Both the position numbers and the translations under genes were made by a program. A stretch of 64,000 nt of DNA. Origin: Haliotis rubra (taxonomy: Eukaryota). The DNA lies in the NCBI RefSeq assembly GCF_003918875.1, contig NW_025767274.1, positions 558,001 through 622,000 on the forward strand. Direction: 5' to 3'. The notes under the pieces are model-generated. The model did no database searches. It was not told where the DNA came from and worked only from the letters and a program-made list of their open reading frames with translations. Below, piece by piece: positions 40,761 through 53,150 of the stretch (positions are counted from its first letter, which is position 1; every line of letters starts with the position of its first letter).

Positions 40761-41128
40761 AACTGATTCTATTGTCCCAACAACTGTATATATATAGAAC
40801 TGAAATGCTTATAACAAACTACAGTTATAACAAACTAAACTCAGTGGTCCCTTTGAGTTTGTTACAGCCATAGTTTGTTGTAACTGATTCTATTGTCCCA
40901 ACAACTGTATATATTTATATATCATTGAAATGCTTATAACAAACTACAGTTATAACAAACTAAACTCAGTGGTCCCTTTGAGTTCGTTACAGCCATAGTT
41001 TATTGTAACTGATGCTATTGTCCCAACAACTGTATATATATAGAACTGAAATGCTTATAACAAACTACGATTATAACAAACTGAACTCTGTGGTCCCTTT
41101 GAGTTCGTTACAGCCATAGTTTGTGGTA
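40761..41128. repeat. About 122-bp tandem repeat, 3 copies
   Basis: aactgat(t/g)ctattgtccca...gttataacaaact...ggtccctttgagtt(t/c)gttacagccatagtt at 40761, 40882 and 41007. Related single fragment near 58850-58915. Confidence 0.9.
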
Positions 41129-41585
41129 TACAAAATAATACAGACATTGAATAACAGTGTTTATAGTACATCATCCTTGTCCTTGCGACCAGACAGGTGA
41201 AGGTCATCCTATCCTGTAGGCGGTACTCAAGAGTCTGGTGTCTGTGAGACCCACATAATGTCAGACTAAACCCTCATTGACAGACTATTTGTTCTTGGTG
41301 ATGTATGTATTTATAAGAACACCAGTCACGTGGATAGTGGCTTTTCAGCAACTGGGTTTCTTGGTCAAATCTAGATTATTTACAGCATGCAGAGATATAG
41401 CAAGAATATTAATGCCTTGGCATAAACAGATTTCTGTAATCATGCAAAATCTCAGCTAAAAAAAGTTCAGACTATATCATGAACATGTGTTTACGAATCA
41501 CCCTGATCACAGGCACAGACAACATTCACTCACTCATCTACTGAACCTTACAATGGTCCTCATTCTGTCAGTTTCAGATTCATGA

Positions 41586-41740
41586 GTGAGTGAGTGAACA
41601 CGGTTTACGCCACTTTTAGCAATAATCCAGTAACATTATGACATGATGGGCTTCACACATGGTACCCATGTGGAGATTTGAACACAGGCCTTCAGCATGA
41701 TGAGCGAACGCTTTAACCACTAGGCTATCCCATCGCCCCC
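41586..41740 (-). mobile_element. tRNA-derived SINE family 1
   Basis: Exact 13-bp TSD ttcagattcatga at 41573/41741. Confidence 0.92.
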
Positions 41741-42858
41741 TTCAGATTCATGAAAGTATTAAGTGTATGTTTAAGTAATGTACACTGTAAAATTGTTGAA
41801 TAAAGGTAAAAATCAACAGACATACAAAAATACACCCCATATATAAATCACAAGTTCATAGTACACAAAACGAATTTTCATTTCTAAACAGTTTGTAGGC
41901 CAATGGTCACCTTTGAAAGCAACAGAGCAAAACCTCTTGAACCCCTGTTGGTGTAGTCATTGATGGGCACTTTCAGCTTCATGAAACTGTAGATAAGGGC
42001 TAAGATAGTATGTATTATATATCCATTTTGGTGTAGTGTTACGGTTAATAAATTTGCCGTGACAAAAGGTTTAAGAATCCCCTTTGAACCAGCAAAATAG
42101 AACACAGACAAGTCTAAAATATTCAATAATATATTCAACAAACAATGAGCAAGCTACAATGAATGACAATACAGATATCTAGTTCAATCCAATTGAGTCA
42201 CAATTCTAATATATTAGGTCACAAAAATCAAATATTAACTCACCAGAGTCTTGAATTTACAGTGAGAGCAGATATACTGATTGAAGGTTGTTTACAATGA
42301 CAGCAGTTGAATAGGCAAGCATGGTCAGTATTGAAATGTTGATTAACTCGACGATGGCAGACAGACGTGTATAAATCCAGTGATGTGATAAGTCCCGCAC
42401 ACAACTCAACAATCAGCCTTTATATAGCTCTTACACAGTTCTTGAGCATTCTAGCAAAGCTAGGCTCCATCATTATTCTCTCAGAACGCCATGGAACCAC
42501 GTGGAAAACACATGACGTGACAAGACCCAGAAGTCAAAACAATATAAAGCCAGCCAAGGGAGGCAACTCTGAAGCGCTATCAAAAAGGCGTGCCGTTACA
42601 AATACTATTCCCATTCATCATGTATGATGCGAGCCAAAACCCACACTCAAAACTTTCAACATTGTGACCAATAATAACTATCACTTAATCAATGTGATAT
42701 TACAAATTACAAAAAAACCCACACTTTCATAACAATAGTGAGGTGAAATGGTATAATGACACATTCAAGATTACTGCACTTCTACATACAATAAGCATGG
42801 GGTGCATGAATACAGCTGCATGTATTAGCCTGAGACTTACCCAGTGCTTGCCCAATTA

Positions 42859-43022
42859 GAGTGAGTGAGTAAGGTTGTATGCCACTTTTAAATATATTCC
42901 AGCAATATCACAGTAGAGTGCAACAGAAATTGGCTTCACTCATTGTACACACGTGGGGAACTCAATCCAAATCTGTGGCGTGACAAGTGAACGCTTTAAC
43001 CACTAGGCTACCCAACTACCCC
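42859..43022 (-). mobile_element. tRNA-derived SINE family 1, diverged
   Basis: Tail, body and head are recognisable. Confidence 0.85.
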
Positions 43023-43083
43023 AGCTACCACCAAAAATGACCACCAGCGACTGTTGAAAATTACTAGTAGCAGCAACTTCTGA

Positions 43084-43246
43084 CTGACTGAGTTTGGTTT
43101 TACACCGCTTTTAGCAATATTCCAGCAACATCACGGCAGGGGACACCAGAAATGGGCTTCACACATTGTACCCATGTGGGGATTCGAACCCGGGTCTTCG
43201 GGCGTGATGAGCCAACGCTTTAACCATTAGGCTACCCCACCAGCCC
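43084..43246 (-). mobile_element. tRNA-derived SINE family 1, young copy
   Basis: B box GGTTCGAATCC intact, (TCAG)n tail, TSD agcaacttctga at 43072/43247. Confidence 0.95.
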
Positions 43247-43614
43247 AGCAACTTCTGAAAATGGCCAACAAGTAGCCACAGTTGATGGCATGACAAGAGA
43301 CCCATGGAGAGGGTCTACAGTTTGTTATAGATACTCTGAATACAAAAGTTTCATTTTGAGCCTGATTCAAAAGACCAATGACCATCCAAACAAATCAATC
43401 TTCTGAGTAAGAAACATTTTATAGAGATAAGACAAATGGAGACGGGGACATCACTTCCAAAACCAATCAAGGGGCAAACTGGTCCAACAGAATTGCTACA
43501 TGGAAAAGAATGATCTCGAATGAAAGATGCCAGACAAGCAGGCCATGAAATATCAGACTCACTTAACCTTGGGTCAAAGTCAGCAATAAATAACATCTAT
43601 TTTGACAATCTTAC

Positions 43615-43789
43615 CTGTCATAGTAAATATTCCGACTAGTACACCTATATTCCGCCCCGCTAACATCACATCCTCGCTGTCGGCTGTGGCACCCGACTGT
43701 TTGGACTTGCCGGCGGCCCATAATCCTACCCCAAGGATAAGCGCATAGAAGAGGATAATAGCGATGAGGCCAGGTATGTGGATCGTCAT
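43615..43789 (-). CDS. SLC5A7: First coding exon of high-affinity choline transporter 1 (SLC5A7/CHT1-like, sodium:solute symporter family); partial gene
   Basis: Translates [58 protein letters not shown], closely matching the CHT1 N-terminus (human [27 protein letters not shown]...GRDIGLLVGGFTMT). 175 nt = 58 codons + 1 nt, ending at ACAG|GTAAGA, a phase-1 donor just before the conserved ATWVGGGY motif. Confidence 0.93.
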
Positions 43790-43845
43790 GATGACGATGC
43801 CTCACTTTCTCCGTCTATACCCTCACCCAATCAGCATTCAGTAAA
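43790..43845 (-). other. SLC5A7: 5'-UTR part of the SLC5A7 first coding exon, preceded by a 3' splice site
   Basis: Minus strand reads ATGTTTTGTATTTTCCAG|TTTACTG (AG at 43847-43846), a strong polypyrimidine acceptor. This implies an upstream non-coding exon. Confidence 0.7.
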
Positions 43846-46800
43846 CTGGAAAATACAAAACATATTTAGTTTTCAGATTTTAACTGTGTTAGGGGTGTAA
43901 ATATTTCTGTAGTTTGTTGTAGTCACTCTGCAAACAAGAACTACAGCAGTTTTCTGAAAGACAAAATATGATGATGAAGACATGTTAGCTTCAAATAATT
44001 TGTAAGGGATGTTATTCCATATTCTTGCATTCTGTACACAGTAGTTGGAGGCTGAAACATAGACAGTAGACAGACAGACATACCCTTGTATACACTACAC
44101 AAGTACGGTCACCAGTAGACAGATATACCTCCTTGCAGAGTAGACTATATAAGGAAACATTTCCCCTGAAGGTGAGCTATTGGGATTATGTGGCAAAGCA
44201 CTAAGGCTGTCGTTAGTTTATGATCCATGAACTCTGAGGTTGATCCTTCAAACTCTTAGGGAACATCAGTGAAGTATCCATCTCCTTTGTTGGCAGATGC
44301 GTTCAAAGAGGATCAGTTGGTCAGAATCTATGAGAATATGTATATGATTGTTCCTGCTGTTGTCACTGGATCGTCTGGTTCAAACTTCTTTACAGGCAGC
44401 AGTGATAGCTAGAATACCGACAACACTCTCTGACTGACACCAGACAGAAGTCATGGTAACAGTTTCCAACTCCCTCCCACAATAAACAGGTCACAAAGAC
44501 AAGATGGGTTCCTCCGACAGTATTTCAGTCTCACTATCCGTTGATCAACTACCAGTCATCTTTCATACTCACAATCTGATTAATCTTGTTGGCACATTTG
44601 TTATCCGTGACAGACACTACAAGAAGATGGTATTCCAATGAATGCCTAAAATAGACTGAAAGACAATAGTCCTCTAAACACTGTCCCTTCTCCTCTTCTG
44701 GAAGATGTCTGGCTGCAGGATGACAGGTTCTACAAACAATCGCCATGTACCCCAGGGAAGCGTGTTAGCTTCATCAACAAAGCGTAGGTCTGCTTTCATG
44801 TATGGGAACACAGTCCTTGTATCTTTCTAGTCGTGGCATGTATTGTTTATGCAGTTTGAAATCAAAGCTCACAGAATATTGGACTAATTGCTTGTTGACT
44901 TGAGTTAACACGTGTACTTTGTCTTCATTATCGCAATTTGACTTCACCATTTCGGACTTCGGATTTAACATGAAGATGTCATGATGCTCTATTGCTCTTA
45001 ACTAATTTGAATTTCAAACACTGTGGTACCTGAAGCATTAATTTATTTGATTTTACCTGCCAAGTTTTCCATTCTCACCCTTGCGAATATCAAAGAGTAT
45101 TAAATATCTTGAATAGGGAAACATTATGTTTGTGTGAAAGGAATCTATTATATTGAATAATCAAGACAGGCAGTGATGTTATATAATATAATTTATACCC
45201 TAAGAAGGTATATATAACTTTTTGCAATATAAGAAACTGCTTATTAAAAAATATAGACTTGCAACAAAATAATGTCACTCAATCCCTGTACATGGAGCAG
45301 ATTATCCATTTTCTTACATAAATGTAATTTTATAAACCTTACTCATTCAAATATAAATTAAGTTTAATGCACATGTAAGAAAACCCACAAAAAACAGGCT
45401 GTCAGGGAAAGGGAACTGTGCTGAATATTAAATTCTCTCAAATAAGATAGATCTTGTGATGAGTGACAAATCCTGGGCCACATCCTTCTGTACAGAGAGC
45501 ACCAGTAAATAATATGGCATTAAAACTGCGTGCATTACTCCATCAGTTCCATATGCATGGCAGCGTGATTGAGGAATTTATCTTTCAAATTTGAAATCAA
45601 TACCTTCTGCATACTCCTGTTCAGGGCCTACTTCATACAGGGGAATATGATTGCCCTGCCCAAACCAATGCAACACGGAATGCTTTTGATGGATGTTGTT
45701 ATAATGCAAATGTAACGTCTCTTCCATGAAGGCCTCAAATTATGAGGAAATTGCACTTTTCCTGTCTTTGATTATGATGTATTTACTGAATAAATGCCAC
45801 TCGAAGACAGCGGGTGCATTTCTAAAGAAAGCGTGTTGCCTATTATGAAAATCATTCCATGGAAAATAACAAACTCTGTCAAAACAGTTGTGTGAATCTC
45901 ATCATGTGCTGAACAATATGCTCAAAACAAAGTTCTGATGTTTAAATCTTAAATATGTGTAAACAAAAGTTGACAATTATAGAATTCAAGCCTAACAGAA
46001 CTAGATTTATATTGAGACTCAAAAAGTAATTCTTACCCTGTGTGAATATGAAATAGCAATTATTTTCTAGAAGCCCCTCAATCACAAAGGCTGAGAACTT
46101 GTTGAATCCCGACAACTCTCTGCAGTTTCTATCGATTCTGCAGCTCTTTGATGACTATACAGGCCATAATATCTATCAGTTGATGCTGCAACATACGATT
46201 ACTTCATCTCTCCTGTGGCAGTTCCTCTTCTTGGGGGCCTTATTTCGAAATCAATTACTTCTAACAATCAAAAAACCTAGCCAAAATATCATTTGTAAAA
46301 CTGCAAATATGACAGAATAATCATTCCCATAAAAATGCCAAAGGCATGTTAACTAACCTGGGTCTTCAGCAAACCAGCTGATAAATGAAGGAATTGATGA
46401 AACAACAACAAATATGGTTGCAATACTGGCTTTCCGAATTTGACTTGTGAAAGACTTGTCAAGTTTTGTTGCTTGGTATTGAAGACAAGATGTCATCCAT
46501 TTGTTACTGTTTTTCTCATTTTTCTTTTCTGCATTCATCACATATATTTTGAAGAAAAACACATCAGTATGCTACATTTTGCTGTAGAATGCATATGGTG
46601 AGTTATACATATTTCTGGAAATCTACCTGCGTTGCAAATGGTGAGACTGCACAGAATCTAAACCCAGAATTTTAATTGATGGAATCATCAAGGTGGCTAT
46701 GTATACAACTCAAAACAAGTTAAGGAGCACCCTAAATACAAATACCCATCATAAATGACATAATATGGTGATCTTTCTCTTCTTTCCAGTAGCATAGAAT

Positions 46801-46888
46801 AAGCTAGGGTAAATAGGCAGTCATGGTGAACTTGATTCAGATTATTCACTAACTCAGTTTGTGTGCAGCTCACAGTATATCATATATA

Positions 46889-47945
46889 CCGTATATGACC
46901 GACTATAAGTCGGATCTGACTATAAGTCGGGCCCCTTTCTCAACCCTCTAAATTCTTGCCAAAACCATGTAACTCAAATATAAGTCGACCCCTTTCCCCG
47001 TATGTATTGGTATTGGGTAGATCAACGTCGTGACTGTTCAACACTGTAATATGACGAACGTAAACACGTGTTTGTTATCTTTTGTAAAAGCATGTTCAAG
47101 CATGTTCAATACCTGAAACTTGTTTATTTTGAGAGCAGATTTCTAACTGGCTAATGATAAAATGAAAGGCCAATCAACAGAAGCCTTACATAACCAAGAA
47201 AGGTTGTGTTTGTGTGAAATGTTTTTCGACTTTGTTTAAAAAGTGAGCGTATGTGTAAAGACCAACTATCATTGAAAACACATCATATAAACGTTACGAG
47301 ATTCAAATTTGTTTGATGTGGAAATTATGATGTGTAAATATTTCTGTAAATGTGCTTCAAAACTGTTCAGTTGGGAACACGCATTGTGTGGGATGCATTG
47401 AGTGAACGCTACTGTACAACCGAGACTGATCATGTGACACAGATATTTGACTTCGATGTAATTTCTTGATTAATATCATCTCTAGTATTTATTAAATTAT
47501 TAACAGTATTTTTCAAAACCATCACACAAAACTCCCACAGAATACAAAGAAGTTTACTTTACGTGAAACTTTCTTTCAAGTCGTGTCACGTGGCCCAAAT
47601 TTATCGATCGATAACAAAGTAAGTAAATAGTTGTGATCAAAATATCTGATTAAATTTAATTTAACGTTAATATTATGAAATATATTTTATTAAAGACAAA
47701 CAACAAAATTTTATATTTTATGTTTTATTTGTCCCATGATGTCATTTACCTTGGGAAACATCAGTACGTATATGCTTCCTGCTTCAGGTGTAAACATTGC
47801 CAGTTGAGTTCGCTGGGCTGGCAGATTCACTCACCTGACCTCTGGAATTTTGGGGTAGATTAATGAACTCAATTATAAGTCGGGTCTGATTTTTTAGGTC
47901 CTTTTTCAGGTATCAAATTTCCGACTTATAGTCAGTCATATACGG
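46889..47945. mobile_element. Non-autonomous Tc1/mariner-superfamily (pogo/Tc2-like) element
   Basis: TA|CCGTATATGACCGACTATAAGTCGG...CCGACTTATAGTCAGTCATATACGG|TA with internal TATAAGTCG repeats near both ends. Confidence 0.92.
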
Positions 47946-48172
47946 TAGACAAAGTCTTAGACTGACATAAGTCACTACTTAAAACATCAAAATCAAAACC
48001 CTTTCTGTAGTCACAAGAAATATCTGCTAAAAGCAGATTGTATGATTCAGACTGTATCCAAGTTAGTGCTTAAGAATCATTATTAAAAAGTGATGGTACC
48101 AGATGTTCACAAAAAAGTAAGGGTATCCTGGCCCAAACACATGCAAAGGAAAGACAGCATTTCTTCTGACAA

Positions 48173-48269
48173 CTGACTGACTGAGTTTGGTTTTACGCCG
48201 CTTTTAGCAATATTCCAGCAACATCACGGCGGGGGACACCAGAAATGGGTTTCACACATTGTACCCATG
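48173..48269 (-). mobile_element. 5'-truncated SINE family 1, young copy
   Basis: Lacks the tRNA head. Exact 13-bp TSD tttcttctgacaa at 48160/48270. Confidence 0.95.
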
Positions 48270-50423
48270 TTTCTTCTGACAAAATACACGAACATCTATA
48301 GTACATGTAAGTTTCCTGAAGATATAATATATACAAAACAAACGTACCAGTGGTGCTTGTCACTGAAAGCCATCTGAAAATTTCTGAAGATATACACATA
48401 CATTAAAGAGAGAAGATTCTCATTTCCTACATAGGTCAAGGTTTTGTAAATAGTGCCTTGTGTGAAACATTTTCTTGATGGGATTTACAAACTGTTCAAT
48501 ACATATAAACCTTATAGTTTGAGACAGGGATGGTGTCTGATTTTGACAGTTAAATTGGTTCCCCAACTTTAGCAAATACTATGGTTCATATTCATGAGGG
48601 ATCATTATGTTAAAAGGGAAGAAAATGATTTTGCCTGACACATATGTAATAAGCTTTTTACAAAACATCTTTAACAGGTTATTTCATACTATTTTTAGAC
48701 AAAAAATTATACCATCCTTCAAACTATATCACTGGTATACTAACATTTATATGAAGCAAACATTGTTACATCAATCTTTTATAAATTTACAGTAGAGATT
48801 CCAGGGATCCCAGAGTACACTTAATTTTCTCTTGCCTTCCCTATATCAGTTGTATCTCATATCACTGACATACAAATTTAAATTATGCAAAGCGTTTTTG
48901 CTGATGGTTATTTTGGTGCTTTCAATTTCATTTCATAGCTATTGATTTCAATTGAATCCAGAGTTCATACAGAATGTTAAATTAAACATTATCTCTGTGT
49001 GAAGGAGTTGAAAAAGTTGGGACCTATGTTGAGCCCTCAACTTTGCCAATTACCTTACATTCAAAGACAAGCCTTAACGAGTAGGTTGACTGTAATTATT
49101 TCTAGAAATCAATGAATTGCCTCATAAATGCTAAGCACTGACACATGAGATCGCCCACAATACCTCAACACGATGGGAATACCAAGGTGGTAGAAACAGA
49201 TCCCAGGGGGTTGAAGAAATTCCAGCCACGCATCACCCGTTACACATGCGTATTGGCAGTACAAGACCGATCAGTGGCTTGCATGACGAAAGAGATTCAT
49301 GGTCATAGGTTTGTAAATACACGCACAACCGTATTAGACCAGAAACCAGTTATTGACTTCATTACTGCGGTATCAAGCCCTAGTCTTAACTGATAACTTA
49401 ATGAGTCCAAATTTAGACCACATGACAGATAGCTGCTGCAATCAAAAAGGCAGGGAAAAAACAGTTTAGAGTTTTTTGTCAAAGGAGACAGAGATTTGGT
49501 TCTTTGGCCAAATCCAATTAAAGAGAGATTTATTATTGAAGATAGTTTATAAAGACCTAAAACCCCAGCAGGCACAAAATGCCATAACAGAATTTAAGGA
49601 ACCAGTTGGCCACCAACAAAGTATACCCCTGACTTGAACAATAATTATAGTTTAATACACAACATAGTAGAGGCAATGTGAGAGTTTAACATAGAAACAA
49701 CAGAAGGTTTGTGCCTTCAAAGTGTGTCCACAAGAACAGACCAGGTTAACCTCTCATTCCTGGCCGCAATCAAATATGTAAATTGATTGGCTAGGGCCAC
49801 AGTGGAGAATTTACCAGTAGTGGAGAACGGTAAATCAATGTCTCCGCAATGATGGATCTGGTTTATTCTGTACTTCAGTTGCCATGAAAACAGAAGAAAT
49901 CAGAAATTGAAGATGAAAAGGAATAAACACAATCCATATTTGTACTAATTAATCAAATGTGGTCAATGTGCTGATTAAGTCACACTTTTTACAAAATAAT
50001 TTATGAAGCCTTCATGGATTTTCTATCATGTTCCAGTTACTAGCTATGGATGAAACTACACGCTTCAGAGGATATTAAGTGTTTTTGATTTCTTTACTCT
50101 CTGAAAAATAGAAGTTCAATTACAATGAAATATAACCCTAATGGCTGGGATGTGTACAATTTACCACCTGGGTACCTGACCCTATCATTCAACCCTACCT
50201 TGTTGCCTGCTGAGGGTCTCAATAGTAGGGTGCAAAATGTCTGATTTTCTGAAGACCCTGTGAAAAGTATTTACATGTATATAATGATGTTATCATGCAT
50301 ACTCTGAATTCTTTTTTACCATATAGACTGTTAAGAGTCCACAGAAATAGAGAAATGGGAACATTTACGACTTGAAGTGTATTGTTACTGTAACTGAACA
50401 ATATGTCACATGACTAACAAGGA

Positions 50424-50732
50424 ACTTCTTTGAGTGGCATTTTAGAAGTTTGGAAGTACAATATAGAACAAACTTTATGGAAAACAACTTCTTTTTATTC
50501 GTGAGTGCGACGTTTCGATACAGATTCTTGTACCGTTGTCAAGCATGAAGTCAGAGTCGTTTCGATACAGATTCTTGTACCGTTGTCAAGCATGAAGTCA
50601 GAGTCGTTTCGATACAGATTCTTGTACCGTTGTCAAGCATGACTTCATGCTTGACAATGGTACAAGAATCTGTATCCAAACGTCGCACTCATGAATAAAA
50701 AGAAGTTGTTATCCATAAAGTTTGTTCTATAT
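50424..50732. mobile_element. Penelope-like fold-back insertion: inverted pseudo-LTR fragments with a 47-bp tandem triplication
   Basis: Exact 13-bp TSD tgactaacaagga (50411/50733). Inverted arms 50459-50552 and 50641-50734. 47-bp units at 50511, 50558 and 50605. Confidence 0.8.
50506..50545 (-). ncRNA. Minimal type I hammerhead ribozyme motif (U3-A8 variant, palindromic helix III)
   Basis: Minus strand reads UGC-UUGACAA-C-GGUACA-AGAAUC-UGUAUC-GAAA-CG-UC^GCA. Helix I UGC/GCA, 6-bp helix II, GAAA core, GUC cleavage triplet. AAUAAA lies just downstream. Confidence 0.7.
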
Positions 50733-51189
50733 TGACTAACAAGGAGGCTGGGTAGTCCCACGGCCAACTCAAGATCCATCAGGACCAAGTGTTCATGTTA
50801 CCCGTCCTAGCCCTACCTCACATATAGTCCACATACTGAAAGATAGCTAAGTAAATTTCTTCGCTAATGACATCAACCCAATATGTAGGAGTCCACATGT
50901 TGGGAAGATATAAGGTTATTTCATCTGGAACTATACAGTCACAAATGAAATCAATATAGTAATGTAAAGATTTGGGCATACATGTACAAGGAAAAGAGTA
51001 GGAGCATTGATCTTTTGATTTTGCAGAATTTCTGCTGAAAGGGACACTAGACACAAACCAATAGTCAGGTCAAGTATGTTTGCTTCAACTCTCTGTGTCT
51101 GCGTCCTAGATCAGTGTAAATGATTGAGATTAACAGTTAATGAATACAAATTTTCTCAGCTTCACACTAGCCCTAATTACACCATCTAC

Positions 51190-51484
51190 GAGAGGTGTGA
51201 TGATACAGAAATTTCACCATACGATACGTATCTCGATATCTTGGAACAATACGATTCGATACGATGTGTATCACGATATGCTATCTTTAGTTATTTTCTT
51301 TAAAAAAGTGGATTTTTGTAACAAGTAACAGTGTAAATTTTGACATAACCGTCAATTTTTAGTGAAAATTCACAATTTTTAGGTCAATGATACATATCAC
51401 GATACGAAAGAAAGTATCGATTTATATTTATTGTCAGAAAAGATATCAAAATTTTCGATACTACGATATATCGTCAAAGCTCTA
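51190..51484. mobile_element. Non-autonomous hAT-like element
   Basis: Exact 8-bp TSD ccatctac (51182/51485), imperfect TIRs and many CGATA subterminal repeats. Confidence 0.85.
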
Positions 51485-51637
51485 CCATCTACATCTGGGT
51501 CCTGTACCCAATCTACAAAGTCTTTGTATCACTAAGTCATTCAAAAACCTATGTTAACGTGGAAGTTACGATCACCTTAGCACAACCATATAGACTGCAC
51601 ATGATGGTCATGGTGGTATGATTGCTTCAAGGAACTG

Positions 51638-51734
51638 GGCCCCTTTCCACAGAGCGATCTTAGTGCGACGATGATCCTAAGAGCATGTTACAGTATAGGG
51701 GTTCTGCATAAAGATCGCTCTGTGGAAAGGGGCC
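51638..51734. mobile_element. Palindromic Harbinger-like MITE
   Basis: GGCCCCTTTCCACAGAGCGATCTT...AAGATCGCTCTGTGGAAAGGGGCC, a 24-bp perfect TIR. Confidence 0.88.
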
Positions 51735-52359
51735 CATTCGAGGATGAAACTGAGCCAAAAGGCTTTTAGTCAGATCTTTGACAATGTGTCTCCCAAATAA
51801 CCCAAAGATAAAATAATACACTTTGCCCTCTTCTTCACCTTCCTTATGATTCTGATCAGTGTCAGTATTGTCGACAGTGGCCTAGCTGTATGACTAATGA
51901 CAATTGAAGACTTGTACAGTTTCCATTACACAATTAAACACTGTCACCATGTTTTTTGTGGGTAGCTGTTCTACGTCGTCCCTTGTAATTGGAAAGGAAA
52001 CACTTCCTTGAACTGTCATGGCCATCATTACAGCAGTCAAGGATGTATCTAGGAGTCTAATCTTAGAGTCATTGGCATGCAAGATGGGGAAAATAATGTC
52101 TGCTCAAAATTAGGAGTTGTTTAAAAAATTCTTACATTGTGAGGTAATTTAGTATTGCACTGCATGCAACAATGTAAGACTTGAGAATTAAAGACTTTTC
52201 CTCTTTATTTGTCCTACTACCAGTGACATTTAATCACATGTAAAGAGCTACAACATTAGTCATAACTATTCTAGAATGAACTGGGCAATGTTGGATTTCA
52301 ATTTGGGAATGTTTGCTGACATTTGCTGCAGACCTTTGTTGGAATACTGCCTTCTTAGT

Positions 52360-53150
52360 AGGTCAAGATAAACCCTTGGAGGTCATCTGACATAATGGAA
52401 ATATAAACACTTTCAGGTCATCTGACATGAACAGGTCGAGATAAATCTATGGGGGTCATCTGACATAATGGAAATATAAAAACTTTCAGGTTATCTGACA
52501 TGAACAGGTCAAGATAAATCTCTGAGGATCATCTGACATAATGGAAATATAAAAACTTTCAGGTCATCTGACATGAACAGGTCAGGATAAATCTCTGGGG
52601 GTCATCTGACATAATGGAAATATAAAAACTTTCAGGTTATCTGACATGAACAGGTAGAGATAAATCTATGGGGGTCATCTGGCATAATGGATATATAAAA
52701 ACTTTCAGGTTATCTGACATAAACAGGTAGAGATTAATCTCTGGGGGTCATCTGGCATAATGGAAATATAAAAACTTTCAGGTTATCTGACATAAACAGG
52801 TAGAGATAAATCTCATGGGGGTCATCTGGCATAATGGAAATATAAAAACTTTCAGGTTATCTGACATAAACAGGTCGAGATAAATCTCTGGGGGTCATCT
52901 GACATAACCAGATATAGATAAACACTTTCAGATCATCTGACACAAGAAGGTAATGATAAACCATTGAAGGTCATCTGACATTGGAAATATTGATAAACTT
53001 TGAGATTATCTGACAAAGCAGGTCAAGATAAATCTCTGGATGTCATCTGACATCAGCAGGTCGAGATAAATATCTGGAGGTCATCTGAGCCAAAGGAGGT
53101 TGAGATAAATATCTGGAGGTCATCTGAGCCAAAGGAGGTTGAGATAAACT
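52360..53150. repeat. 73-bp higher-order minisatellite built from 36-39-bp monomers
   Basis: ggtcatctgacataatggaaatata recurs every 73 bp. Each unit contains two ggt(c/t)atctgacat sub-repeats, and monomeric copies lie at the right end. Confidence 0.92.

Noticed and set aside
43580-43614. C-terminal [10 protein letters not shown] of the ORF-track call 43580-43789
   Set aside because: Read-through past the GTAAGA donor into the intron; homology stops at FTMT.
44549-44971. Two 65-aa minus-strand ORFs upstream of SLC5A7 as extra coding exons
   Set aside because: No recognisable homology, and the CHT1 N-terminus is already complete at 43789.
46030-46330. Upstream non-coding exon ending at a CAGG|GTAAGA donor near 46036
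   Set aside because: The donor is plausible, but many similar sites exist and it cannot be assigned without transcript data.
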